64,000 nucleotides of DNA from Eledone cirrhosa. Its lineage: Eukaryota. Under the pieces are notes generated by a model. The model saw only the letters and a program-made list of their open reading frames with translations. It was not told where the DNA came from and made no database searches. Numbering within the stretch: position 1 is the first letter of the stretch; each line of letters opens with the position of its first letter. The stretch spans positions 339,760,001 to 339,824,000 of the forward strand of contig OZ024743.1 in assembly GCA_964016885.1 (NCBI GenBank). The letters are read 5' to 3'. Shown here piece by piece: positions 1 to 11,730 of this stretch. The position numbers and the translations under genes were made by a program.

Positions 1-1466
1 CATACGTTATAAAATAAATAGGATTGGTTGAGGTCTTAATATGTAAACTAAACGTCTAATTCTGTTTTTTAAAAACATCGAGAGGCAACCTAGAAAAATT
101 ACCGTTTTTCCAATCCTTTTTCTGTTTGACTATGGCCAAACTAAGGCAAGGCTGCTCTGCCTTACAACACAATTCGGTAAAACGCATGGAAGTGGCCCCG
201 AGTGCAGAATAAAGAAACAGGGTCACTTTGAACACATCGACTTGACACCGTCCTCAATCAGAGCCAATCCTTCTTTCAGTTTAAGGGTGGCTATTTCACA
301 GTATCTCAAACAACAACGGAAAGCAAAACTTATAAGCGTCTCTTCTATGTACAGTCACCTTGAGATATGGTACCAATCCTTCTTCCGTTTGGTAATGACC
401 AAATTAAAGTAGAGCTACTCTTCCTGTCAATACAACATGTCGGTGATATGTACAGTGGCCTGGTTTCTTTATGGAAATCAGAGCCCATGAGCAGCAGCAA
501 TGCTGGGAAAGAAGGAACCCAAACAAATGCTAAAAAAAAAAATTTTAAATAGGATTATTTTCTACATGTCGACCCGGCCAGACCCTATACGGTCCTTAAT
601 CAGAGTCGATCTTTCTTCCATTTATCCTTGAGGGTAGCCATTTCATGATTTCTTGGACGACGGAAAGCAATAGCAGGAGTGAAGCAGCAAGGCAGCAACC
701 GATACTATTGCTAGTGTTTAAAGCAGATGCTAAAAAGTACAGTGGCCCAATATGGCTTGACACCAGCAGTTCTTAAATGAGGACAGAAAACAAAGCCCAC
801 AAGTGGCAGCAGCGGAAAATTGCAAAGCGACACTATTCCTGTTGCATTGATTGGTCTACGCCCAGTTGAAGGGATGCAAAAAAGTGCACGGTGGCAAAGC
901 ACGAGCCGATCTTATGACGTCCAGTGCAGCGGTATTAAAATGGGAGGAATCCAAGTGAATGAAGCAGCAAACTAGAGCATGGAGCAGTGTACAAAATAAA
1001 AGAACAACAGCGCAAGGGGATCACTTTGTACACGGTAGGCCTGCAATACAAGAACAGAAGCGAAAGGTTGCACAGTGACACTACCCGGCTCAACACTGCC
1101 CTCAATCGGAGCCAAACCTTCTTCCATTCATCATCGAGAGCAGCCATTTCACACTCTCTCTCAAAGAATGACAAAATCGAAACTCAAGAGCATCTTTACT
1201 ATTGTATGTACAGCTACTTCGACTGGTAGCACTAATCCTTCTTCCATTTGACAATGACAAAACTCGGACATTTTTTTCTCACGGATGAGGTTTAGGTTTA
1301 GGGTTTCCAGTTTCAAGGTCGATCGCAAGCTTCTTAGAACTCCAGAAAAATTATTATTTCCCACAAAACGCGCGGTGTGTAGATCTGCGAAACTTCGGTG
1401 GTCTTTTCGCCCCCTTTCACCCTTTTTTTTTTTCTACAAATCTAGTCGTTTCCGGATCCTAGCTCG

Positions 1467-1880
1467 GGTAGTAAATATCCCCTCAGTTCTGGAGCCGGCA
1501 GGATTATCCAGAAGTGATGGGAAGAGACCAGACGGCTTTACCCATTGTCCCTGGGTAAGGGGCAGGTTCTCATCTGGGACACCACAGTCAGTGACAATTT
1601 TGCTCCCTCCTACATCATGGATGCCGGAGTAAATGCGAGGGCCACTGCTTCCGTTGCCAAACGGAATAAAACCCGAAAATACCGGTAACTATCAAACAAT
1701 TATATTTTCCAGCCTGTGGTATTCGAGTTGGGTTGCGTTAGGGCGGTGACAGCGAAGTTCTTGTCATCGTTGGCGGCTCGCTTACTTGGGGTGCAAGGTG
1801 ACGCCCATGAGGGTGCTTGGTTTTCAGCGCCTTAGCCTCGCCATCGCCCGTGGTAAAAATATTCCGATGACCCTTGTCAT
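1467..1880 (+). mobile_element. 5'-truncated CRE-clade-like non-LTR retrotransposon fragment (C-terminal restriction-like endonuclease region)
   Basis: Translation VNIPSVLEPAGLSRSDGKRPDG..PWVRG then, after frameshifts, IWDTTVSDNFAPSY, KTRKYR.LSNNYIFQPV.FE and QRLSLAIARG. This matches the PD..D RLE motif of CRE-type elements. Frameshifted. Confidence 0.7.
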
Positions 1881-2589
1881 GTGCGGCCGATTTTTGTTTT
1901 CTTTCTCTTGCTCTGGTCGTATATTTTGGTGCGTTATTTGTGGAGTTCGTAACAACAGTTAATTGCCTTTATTATATGTGTTTACGGTCTGAGTTCAAAT
2001 CCCTCCGAGGTTAACTTTGCCTTTTATCCTTAAGGCGTCAATAAAATAAAGTACCAGTAATGCACTGAGATGATTGCTGGCTTTCTGCCAAAAGTAGAAA
2101 CAATAATATGTGTTTATATTTGTGCTTTTATTTTCTCTCTGAAAGAATTGTGAGTAATTTGTAATGTTATTTATACAACTGTTAATAAAAAAAATAATAA
2201 TTACCCATCGAACGCGAGACGGGTGTAGATCTATAAATTTACCTTTAAGTGATACCAGTTTAAACCAACAACAGCCAATCTTTTTGAAAGACTTCGGCTA
2301 AAAGACCGTCCGAATCAAAAATGTTTGGTCAAAGCAATAAAATATCGTAGAATTTTTGTCAACATGTGTAGCGAAAGCAAATGCTGGAAATTCCCGCATA
2401 GTACCTGAAGGTTGACAAGCTTGTAATAATTGTTTCTACTAGGTAAAAATTGTAATAATGATGTGGTGGTTGATTGAAATTAGATATGTAAAACATAAAA
2501 CGCACCCAACCTAATAAACAACACCTGTGTTGATATAGTATTACATTAAAAAATAGCAGTGAGGGGTGAAAACATTTTCTGAAATTATG

Positions 2590-2698
2590 ATCACTTCCGC
2601 CCGGTTTCGGATATTAGCGGAAGTATATATTTTAGTGGTCATGTGACGTGCTGCCTATATCATTGTATTTGCAATGTCGACATCGAGCTAAGTTAAAG
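2590..2698 (+). promoter_or_regulatory. Probable TMUB promoter and non-coding first exon
   Basis: CpG-richer patch with two opposed ETS-like cores (CACTTCCG 2592-2599, GCGGAAGT 2617-2624), GTCATGTGACGTG at 2638-2650, and a donor AAG|GTAATA at 2698/2699. The ATG-bearing exon at 6470 has an acceptor, so an upstream exon is required. Confidence 0.5.
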
Positions 2699-5264
2699 GT
2701 AATAATGATAATAATAACAATGCATCTCTCTACTTTATTGTCTTATATAAGTTTATCCATCCTTCTCCATCAACATTTTGATATTTTACTGAAACAATAC
2801 TATTGTATAATACTTGTTATTGTTTAATAACCACCTCCCCTCTCCCATATGCTCGTATTTGTTATATTTTGTTATTGTTCTAATCTCTCCAAGGTCGACT
2901 TTACCTTTCATCATTCTGGGACCGATGAAATAAAATACCAGTCATGCACTGGGACCTTCAGTTCAGTCAACTACACATCTCAATCTTCGAAATCTGTGAC
3001 CGTGTGTCTATGTTTAGTATCTAAGTTACTTTATTATTATTATTATTTGCCCTCGATTTATTAATAGCAAGAGACACGTCAAAGAATGGTCTTACATAAA
3101 AAACGGTATTGATAACTTTATGTAGGTAGACATGTGTTTCGGGTTTAGACAAAGAGCTGAGCGTTCTTTTGTATGATAGCTTAAATAGAAAATTTATGAT
3201 CGAATTTTTTTTTTTTTTTTTCCATATTTCAAACAGGTAGGATAGTATTTTTTAATTAAGTCTTCATCAGCTTCTTCAGTTTCCATTGAGATGGAGTGGG
3301 GGATGATGCTCGCTAGTAAATTTGATTAAATGTGTGCGACAGCGATGAGTAGTGTTCACGTATGCGTCTGAGAATACAGCTGGATGATAGTACTTGCCTT
3401 TGGCACTTAAAGATAAACCGTATATGGACGTTTCATGGCATAACTACAATTTAGTGCCTTGGAAATGAAAATGTGAAGATAGTTGAACGGTTTTTCGTCT
3501 CCGGGTCCCCCATAAAACTGAAACTATATTTTTCTAGAGTTATACATACATCAATCAAAATTTTGACTTGATTATTGCATTGTTTCGTTCGACGAAGCTT
3601 GTTATTGAATACTATCTGTGTTGTAGACAAAGCGTAAACTCGGAATAGTTTTCGGGCTTTCCAATTCCATGTTCTTCTTATCGTGTCCACATTTGTAACT
3701 GTTGCTTGTAGTGGTGATAGGATTATCAATACTCCCTGGGTCGCGGCGTGGACACGTTCCTATCTTGACCCCCCAACTCCATGTTGATAATGAATAATAT
3801 CAATCAGGATGTTTAATATGTTCTACAGCAACACAGTGTCATTTCTACAACTGTTAATTTATCAATATAATCGTAAATCACGCCTTTGAAAAGATATCTG
3901 CAAATATTCATTTAAAATAGCATGCATTATTAAGAAAGTTATGAGGAAACGAAGTTGGGTAGGTTGGGTACTAAACCGTTTCCTTTCACTTCTTTTTATA
4001 GTTGTTTATGCCTGTTTTCTCATGCTCGATTCTTAGTAAACATACAATTTTTTTTATTTGTCGTAATGTCCCTCCACCATCTTTCCTTGTGGTATTTGTT
4101 CCAGCCCCTTGACGTTTCCTGAGGCCCCATAAAACTGTAAACTTCCTAAGTGAAAAAGGGAAAGTATTTTACCTTCGCAAGTAAAGAAAAAAATTATTGT
4201 AAAACTAAATATTTTTATTTTATTCATAAATTAACGTGAACAAGGCATGGTTATTTCGTTAATAAAAACTCTATTGAAACTTGCACTTTTAGCTCACTAA
4301 GTTTTTTGTTGTTGTTTTTTTGTTTTGTTTTTTCTTCTTAGAAAAACTTTCGTTTTGATCTGGAAATCCAATTATGTCCTTTTGCTAGCCATCAGTCAAT
4401 ACTGTCATAATCTACTTGTTATATTTCATAGAATAATATAATTGACAGCTGTCGAAGAACAAGATGATAAATAGATATGAGAGTCGTCAAACTGGCAGAT
4501 TAATCTAAATATTTTTCTGAACATATAGGTAAGAATTAGCGAGATGTAAGATTTAAAGATGGTGAAAGATTATGCATGTAAGTGGCACAAATATGAGTTT
4601 ATTGTGTATGATGCTCAATAAATCTATAATAACTGGTACGCAATAAACTGTAAAAAAAAAAGGGTTCTTTTTTTTTTTTTTTTTTTTTTTTAGAATTCAT
4701 GAAACAAATGTAAGACAGAGTGGGAGAATCTAAAAGGTTCTTTGCTAACTGTGTTGTCTATCTGCCCCTGTCTAGCTAACTACATACACATACAATAAGC
4801 ATAGCTTTGTTACAATTTGATAAAGAAACTGAATATTACTTATTCTGTCTGTAAAACTGTATGTCATATACTAGTCTTTACATAATACATGTACACTGTG
4901 TATGTGTTTCTGATACTGTTTATCAACAAATACCATGAACATGTACATATAGCTGCATACAATTGATTCATCAGATATTTGGTGATGGGCAGAACATATA
5001 TAAAGATTGAATTGTTAACTTTATAAATCTCAAATGTCTCCCTTGTATTCTTGGCTATTCACTCATAATAGTATGTAACACACTATCCACACTATGACAC
5101 TGAATATTTACATTATAAACCCCTGGGACAGCCCACCAGGTTTTAGATCTGAGAAAATTGTTAAGGCTCATTTTTATCTTACATTAATGAGTAAATCCTT
5201 CATCATTGAAAATCTGTAGACCTTGCGAAACGTAAACTCAGAATTCGTTTCATCATGCCTTACA

Positions 5265-5830
5265 ATTTTTTGTTCTTCTTTGGTCACTTATTCCTGGAAG
5301 GGTCTTGTGGGAAGAGTCTTCAAGCACACCTTCCAGCAGGTCCTGTCAGAAGTAACCATCTCCCATTGATTCACCTGGATCCCCAAGCAAGATCAACCGA
5401 GCTCATGGATGTTATTCAACCATCTTGCTTGGGGTCTACCCCTGGATCTCCTGCCGGTTGGTTTTGCCTGTAAAATCTCTCCAACGATTCTTTCCTGAGA
5501 CATTCTAACCACATGTCCATAATATCGTAGCTGTGATCTCTCAATTTAAAGAAATAGTGACTCTACCTGGAGCGACTTTCTTATCTCTGAGTTACTCACT
5601 CTATCAAGTAATGTTACTACAAAGACCTTTCGGGAGAACCCTATTTCAACCACTTGTATTCGCGATCATATCCTTTTGGTCATTACTCAAGATTAATGAC
5701 CATAGTTAAGGGTTGGTACTAATTGAAGATTGCGAGTTTAGCTTTTACACCTAACTCCCATCTTCTGATGACTGAATGCTGAAATAAGCACATTACTGTA
5801 CCAGCTCCAGCAATTTCTTGTTGGTAAGGA
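5265..5830 (-). mobile_element. RTE-clade LINE 3' fragment
   Basis: Minus-strand degenerate reading gives YGHE-like, SQLRYYGHVVRM and GRPQARW motifs typical of the RTE ORF C-terminus. Confidence 0.55.
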
Positions 5831-6487
5831 ATAACATCAATTAGGATAATGTCAGATTTTTGTACAAGTATGAACTGTGGAAAAAAAATTATATTTTATT
5901 ATCAATTTCATCAACACAATTGTATTCTACACATTCGAAAATTTATATCTGCAAATTTTCAACAACAAAATATGCATTATTAATAAAGATATGAAGAAAC
6001 AAATTTGTGAGGCACTAAACTGTAATCGTGCCAAAAAGCGCACATTGAACGATGGCGGATTGAAGAAGATTTGGCTGTTATCTTTGGTGATTTGAGCAAC
6101 CATGAATAGTCAAAGTTTCTACTGACTATATTTGAAACTAATTGATACCATAAGTTATGAGGTAATGAAGAAGTCTTTTGGTAGGCCTAGGAAGAAGGGC
6201 AGTATCCAGACCCTCCTGGGCAAGGGATATCAATGCTGTTTATGTTCTGCTTAAACTATTGCTCATGGGGGATGAGAGGAGAGAAAGCAAGTTGGGAGTG
6301 CCCAAGTGGAGGTTGTATGAAACTAACCAGTTCCTAGGAGCTAAGGCTGTTGTAATAGTGGTGGAAAAAGCAGAGGTAGGAGACAGCTCATCTGTAAGCC
6401 AAACACTGTGGAGATTATTTTGATATAACATCTAGTGTTGATGATGATTGACTTTTTTTTTCTTTGCAGACACTAAATATAGTCAAA

Positions 6488-7065
6488 ATGCCAATGATTG
6501 AAGGCTTTGGAGATGAGGTGACGTACGCCATGATGATAATGTTTGCTGTCATCCTCATTACAGCTTGCTGGTTATCAACACAGTTACGGTTCATCCCTTT
6601 TGTAAATGTGTTTGTCCTTGAGTCTATGCAAGACCTAATTTTTACCAATGTCCAACCCAACAGTCCAGTGGTACATATTACATCAGAACCACCACTGCAA
6701 GCAAGTGAACCACCCGAAGAAGTTTCTCAAGCCTCTGTCTTGGTGCAAAATGCTGAAAGTACCAGTGAGGAGACAGCAAAGGATGACATATCAAACAACT
6801 CATCAGAAAATAATATACCAGAAGATGCTGACAAAGATTTAGGAGATCTTGCTTCAAATGAAACAAGTGAAGATCAACCTGAATCTGTATCATCACAAGT
6901 TAATGATGGTCAAGTGAACAGTGACCAGAACTCTTTAGGGACAGTGGCAGGAGAGGAAGAAGAAGAAAGGAAAGAGAAACAAGTAAAAATAAAGTTGATG
7001 TATTTGAATAATACTCAGCGCATTGTTGATGCATACTTATCGGATACGATTGGAGGATTTCGACA
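6488..7065 (+). CDS. TMUB: Transmembrane and ubiquitin-like domain-containing protein (TMUB1/2-like), coding exon 1
   Basis: Acceptor ttttctttgcag ends at 6469; ATG at 6488. MPMIEGFGDEVT followed by a TM helix ending AcWLST matches the TMUB N-terminus (MALIEGVGDEV..AWxST). An acidic linker leads to the start of the UBL domain (KIKLMYLNNTQR..DTIG). Donor CA|GTAAGT at 7065/7066, phase 2. Confidence 0.88.
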
Positions 7066-8036
7066 GTAAGTAATATAGTTTTTAATTGGTTACAGTTTCA
7101 GCTCATGGTCACCAATCTCCTACTAATCACCCTCTTGGTTATGTTTGCCTTGAAAAAAATGGAGACTATATATTGTAGACCGGTCTTTTTAGTCATACAT
7201 TGGATAAATGTGATGCTATCATGAAATGAACCCAGGATACACTGTAAAGCAATTGATGTTAAGAAGGGCACCTAACTGCAGAAATCCTGCCAAATATTGG
7301 AACATACAAGTGAGACATCATCCTCTGACCCATCTAAGAAGGCAGTGATTCCGAATAAGAATGGACTTGGACTGTAATGACCTGTCTAGCAGAGAATGTG
7401 GACGTAAAATGTTGATGATGTAATTATCTGTTCAGTATCACTTGAGATGTTATCTAGCTCTCTTTGAATCTACAGAATTTCTCCTTAGTTGCCAACAAAA
7501 TTTATCACTTAAATAATTTTTAAATTCCTACTAATTAAGAGCATTATACATAGATTTATTTGAACTGCTGTCCATATCTTGGTTGTTATAATCACAACAT
7601 TTTGGCTATTATAGTCTCCAGCAATCTAGACATTTTCAGACCAAATTCTATGTATAGATGCTCTTCATCATGTCAATCTTCTTTTGTTTTAAGGTAAGGT
7701 ATGGATCTTTTGAGATCTCGCTAACAACTGTCCCCACCTGATGGGGACATCGAATTGGAAAAGGATAGAAGAGACAAACACACACAGCAGGTTTTGTACA
7801 GTTTCTGCCTACCAAATTCACTCACAAGGCATTGATTAACCTAAAGCTATAGTAGATACTTCTTCAAGGTGTCATGCAGTAGGATAGTACCAAAGACTAT
7901 GAGGTTGTTAAATGAACTTCTTAATAACACTGCTATGTCTGCATCATATCTGTCATTTTTTAAACCAATGACATAACTTTAAACAACTATTTTCTTTCTC
8001 TGATTTTTTATTGTTGCTTTTTTTTCTGTCTTGTAG

Positions 8037-8454
8037 GTCACATTTTAAAAAAGAACTTTCAGACAACAAGATGGTACGTTTCATCTTCAATGGGAAAGCA
8101 CTTGGTAATGACACTTCCACATTGAGTTCATGTAATGTGAAAGGAAATTCCATCATCCATTGTCTGATCACACCCTCCCTAGCTCATCGGAATGAAGAAT
8201 CAGCATCAAATCAACCAGGGGCTGCATTTGCAGTCCCACCAGTAAATGAGGGTAGACAAGAGACCTTTCTGGAAAGGGTTATTTATCCATTCCTCATTAT
8301 CCTCTTTGCTATTATATGGTATCAGCAATTTGCATTTGAAGACTCATTGATTTATAACAGTGTAATGCCTCTTCTTGGTGTTGTCCTCTTCCTGCTAGCT
8401 ATGTCTTTGGCATTCTTTCGCGCCATCCGCTTCCGAGCAATTCAAAATATGTGA
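8037..8454 (+). CDS. TMUB: TMUB1/2-like, coding exon 2 (rest of UBL domain and two C-terminal TM helices)
   Basis: Polypyrimidine tract and tgtag| at 8036, phase-compatible (CA+G=Gln). VRFIFNGKALGNDTSTLSSCNVKGNSIIHCLI is the TMUB UBL C-half, followed by two hydrophobic segments and TGA at 8452-8454. Joined CDS is 996 nt = 331 aa. Confidence 0.88.
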
Positions 8455-11400
8455 AGACTATTTTTTTAAAAGAATATATGCACATGTAAATGTGCCTGTG
8501 TGTGTATGTGTATATATATATATTTGTCATTAATAGTGTCTGTTTACTTTAGGTTTCGCCAAAACTACAAGCTTCTCAAAGCAGTTTTGAGGAGTCAATA
8601 TTTTTGGTGAAACTTTGAAATAAACTGTTAATATTAATAACAAATAATTTATTTGACTCTTTTAAACAATATATGTCTCCTTTCAAAGCGTGTTTAGTGT
8701 ATTTATTACACAAACATAAAACAAAAATAAATATATATATATATATATGTATCTATGTGTGCATGTACATGTGTTTATAGGCATTTGCATGCATGCACAT
8801 GCAGACATATATATAATGGTCTAAAATTTGATTGTAAGAATCTATATGTATATAATGTGTGTATATATAAATGATATACTGAAAATGTACATAGAGATGA
8901 AAAAAAGAAACAGAGTATATATGTGTTTATGAACATTTTCACTGTTTGTATGTATGTGCGGAAACTTATGTAACTGACGACATTTGTGTGCACTAAGATT
9001 TTACTTTTCCCCAATCATACATGTACAGACTGCTATTAGAAGGACACAAATGTTTGGGTAAGGAAGTGTTTATAAGTGTGTCTCCTCTATTTTAGGCTCA
9101 TTAAACTTTGTCACTAATTAGAGCTGGTATAATGTAATTAGTTGCTACATTGTCAACTCTACACTAATTTTCTCGTATTCTTTCAGAATTAACAACATTG
9201 ATTTATTTATAGCAGTTGACTGAGGAAGCATTCGGAAAATTTGAAATTTCAAATGTGTGTGCATCCCAACACAAATTGCCATAATAATAGTCGATTGCTA
9301 TAAATAATAGTTATGAAAATCGGGTGAAGTACCCCTAGAGACAGAAAAGAGAGAGAGGCACCTGACAGGAATCACAACCCACATCTTTCCTCTCGCATAA
9401 TAATTGTGTGTGTGAGTGTTTATAGACACACATACACAGCCATTTATCCAGCACACTTGGGATAGGAGGAGGTTCAGATTTCTAGAAACGGGCTAAATAT
9501 ATATTTAAAATATAAAATAAACAAGAAAAAATATAGAACAAAACTATTTGATATATCTGAATTAAATCACTTCTAAAGCAGTATCTGTTTGATTTTAATG
9601 AATCCATTTAAGATTCTTAAAATAATGGTTGCGTGCATGTGTGAAAAAGATATAGCTACATGAGACTAGCATGCCAAATTAAAAGCTGTCCAGTTTAAAA
9701 AATAGCTGGTTTTCTGGATTTTCCAGACCTCTAGAATCAGATATATATATATATATATTATAAAAAAGAGACAGTTTTAAGTATACATACACATATATAC
9801 ACACACAGTATACATCCTCTGTTTATTATATAATCAATGTATGTACATATATGTATGTATATATATATATATCTATATATGTATGTATATCTATATATAT
9901 ATACATATATGTATGTTTGTCTGGTTTGTCACTTCTGTAAAACAATATCTCCTCTATTCTATCCACTGTTATTTCCCCCATGTAAATTGAACACCTACCC
10001 ACATACCTATCAGCACATTTAACTACACTTTACTTATCAATTTAACACCTTTCTCTCTACAATTATCCAGTTACATGGAAGCTTCTTTTATACTCCTTGA
10101 TTTCTTTCTTTATTCTTTATTTTTATTTCCTGTTGTTATTGTTATTGTTGTTTCTTCCTTGCCATCTTAAAATATGTTTCACTATTTATTTTTTCATTTC
10201 AATTAATGAAAAGAAAGAAAAAAGTTGTAATTTATCTTTTAACATTAAGACAAGTATGATAATAAAATATGCTAATGTCTTGTTTGCGGGCCCTTTTTTT
10301 CACTTCTTAATCAGGAAGGGAAGGGCGAGGCTTGTGTCTTCTTTCACTTCCTCTTTCTCTCGCCCTCTCTTCTTTGGAAGAAACTGGCTGTGTTCAGACC
10401 TGGAAATGGGTTGGCTCTACCTACCTGGTTAAAAATTCTCAAGACACATCACATCATATGTCGCAGCACTCCTCCTACTCCATCAGAAGTTATGAACCCA
10501 TACATTAAAAAGTAAAATTTAATGAAGCAACAACAATAGTAGCACTTTCCTGGATTCATAATCAGAATCATTGGAATTCATTTTCACCTTCTTCATTCCA
10601 TTACAGTGAATGACCACAATTATCCTCTTCACACCTTGTAGCTTTCATAATCAGTTGTGATCCCGTGGTTAGGGGATTAGCCCTGGTAATTGTGGGATTG
10701 GAATCCCTAGGCAGTATTTGAAATTCGAATGTTAAAAACTGAAACAGTTATTGCAAGTCATATCATCTGTTTTAACAATTCTACCAACCCACAACCCTGA
10801 ACTGATATTGACTCAAAGGATGAAAAGTATAGTTGGCCTCAGTGGGGTTTGAACTCAGAATGCAGAGCCAGAAAAATGCTACAAAGTATTCTATCCAATG
10901 TACTAAATGACTTTGTTTTCTACTTTTTATTCTAGGCAATGGCAGGTTAGGATAATCAAAATGAGTGCAGACTTTATTAGTTCTACGATCAGCATGGGTG
11001 TGACAAGAAATTTTGAGACAGTTTTTCTATGGCTGAATACATATCCTGATGCACACAAAATTTTAAGTGCCTAAAATAATGTAGTAAATAATAATTATAT
11101 TATACATTAAAAGTGCAGATATGTTTGGCACATGAGAAAAAAATGTTGCACACACTGACTACTAAAAATTAAAAGGAATATAACTTAAAGGATCAAGAGG
11201 TACAGAGTGAGACAACATTTGAGTGGGTGAATTTGTGTCAGTTATCTAGGATGTCTGTGTGTAGTTCTGTTGGTGAATGGACCAATCTAGAAAAAAATCA
11301 CATTTGGCTAAAAAAATAAATGTTTAAATAAATTACCCTTTTTGGTGGTATTTTAATAAAAGTTAACTTTTTCCTGAATTCGTCCGGCCCTATATATGTA

Positions 11401-11730
11401 AGTAGCCAGTCAACTAAATCTTCTGCCCTGTTTAATATCACCACTGGAACTGACATGTTCATTTTCTCCATCAATACTTACAAGTCGGGCAATAACCGTC
11501 ATTTCATTCGCACTGCATTAATAACCCAACCAACAAAGCGTGTTATATCACGAGTTACCTCCCTTCGATTTGAGTTGTATTACCTCGCTTCCGATTAACT
11601 AATGCAGAAATCGTAAATGTATTATATTTTCCCTAAAAAGCTTAGGATTATTAGTAAGTCGTTCATGATATTAACATGTATGGTAGTATTCAACTGCTGA
11701 TGTTTATAGAATATAAATCGCGTCAAAAGT

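Noticed and set aside
6464-6487. ORF-track start of the 201-aa ORF (and starts at 8011, 43005, 52133)
   Set aside because: These starts lie in intron or acceptor sequence. The real exon limits follow AG acceptors.
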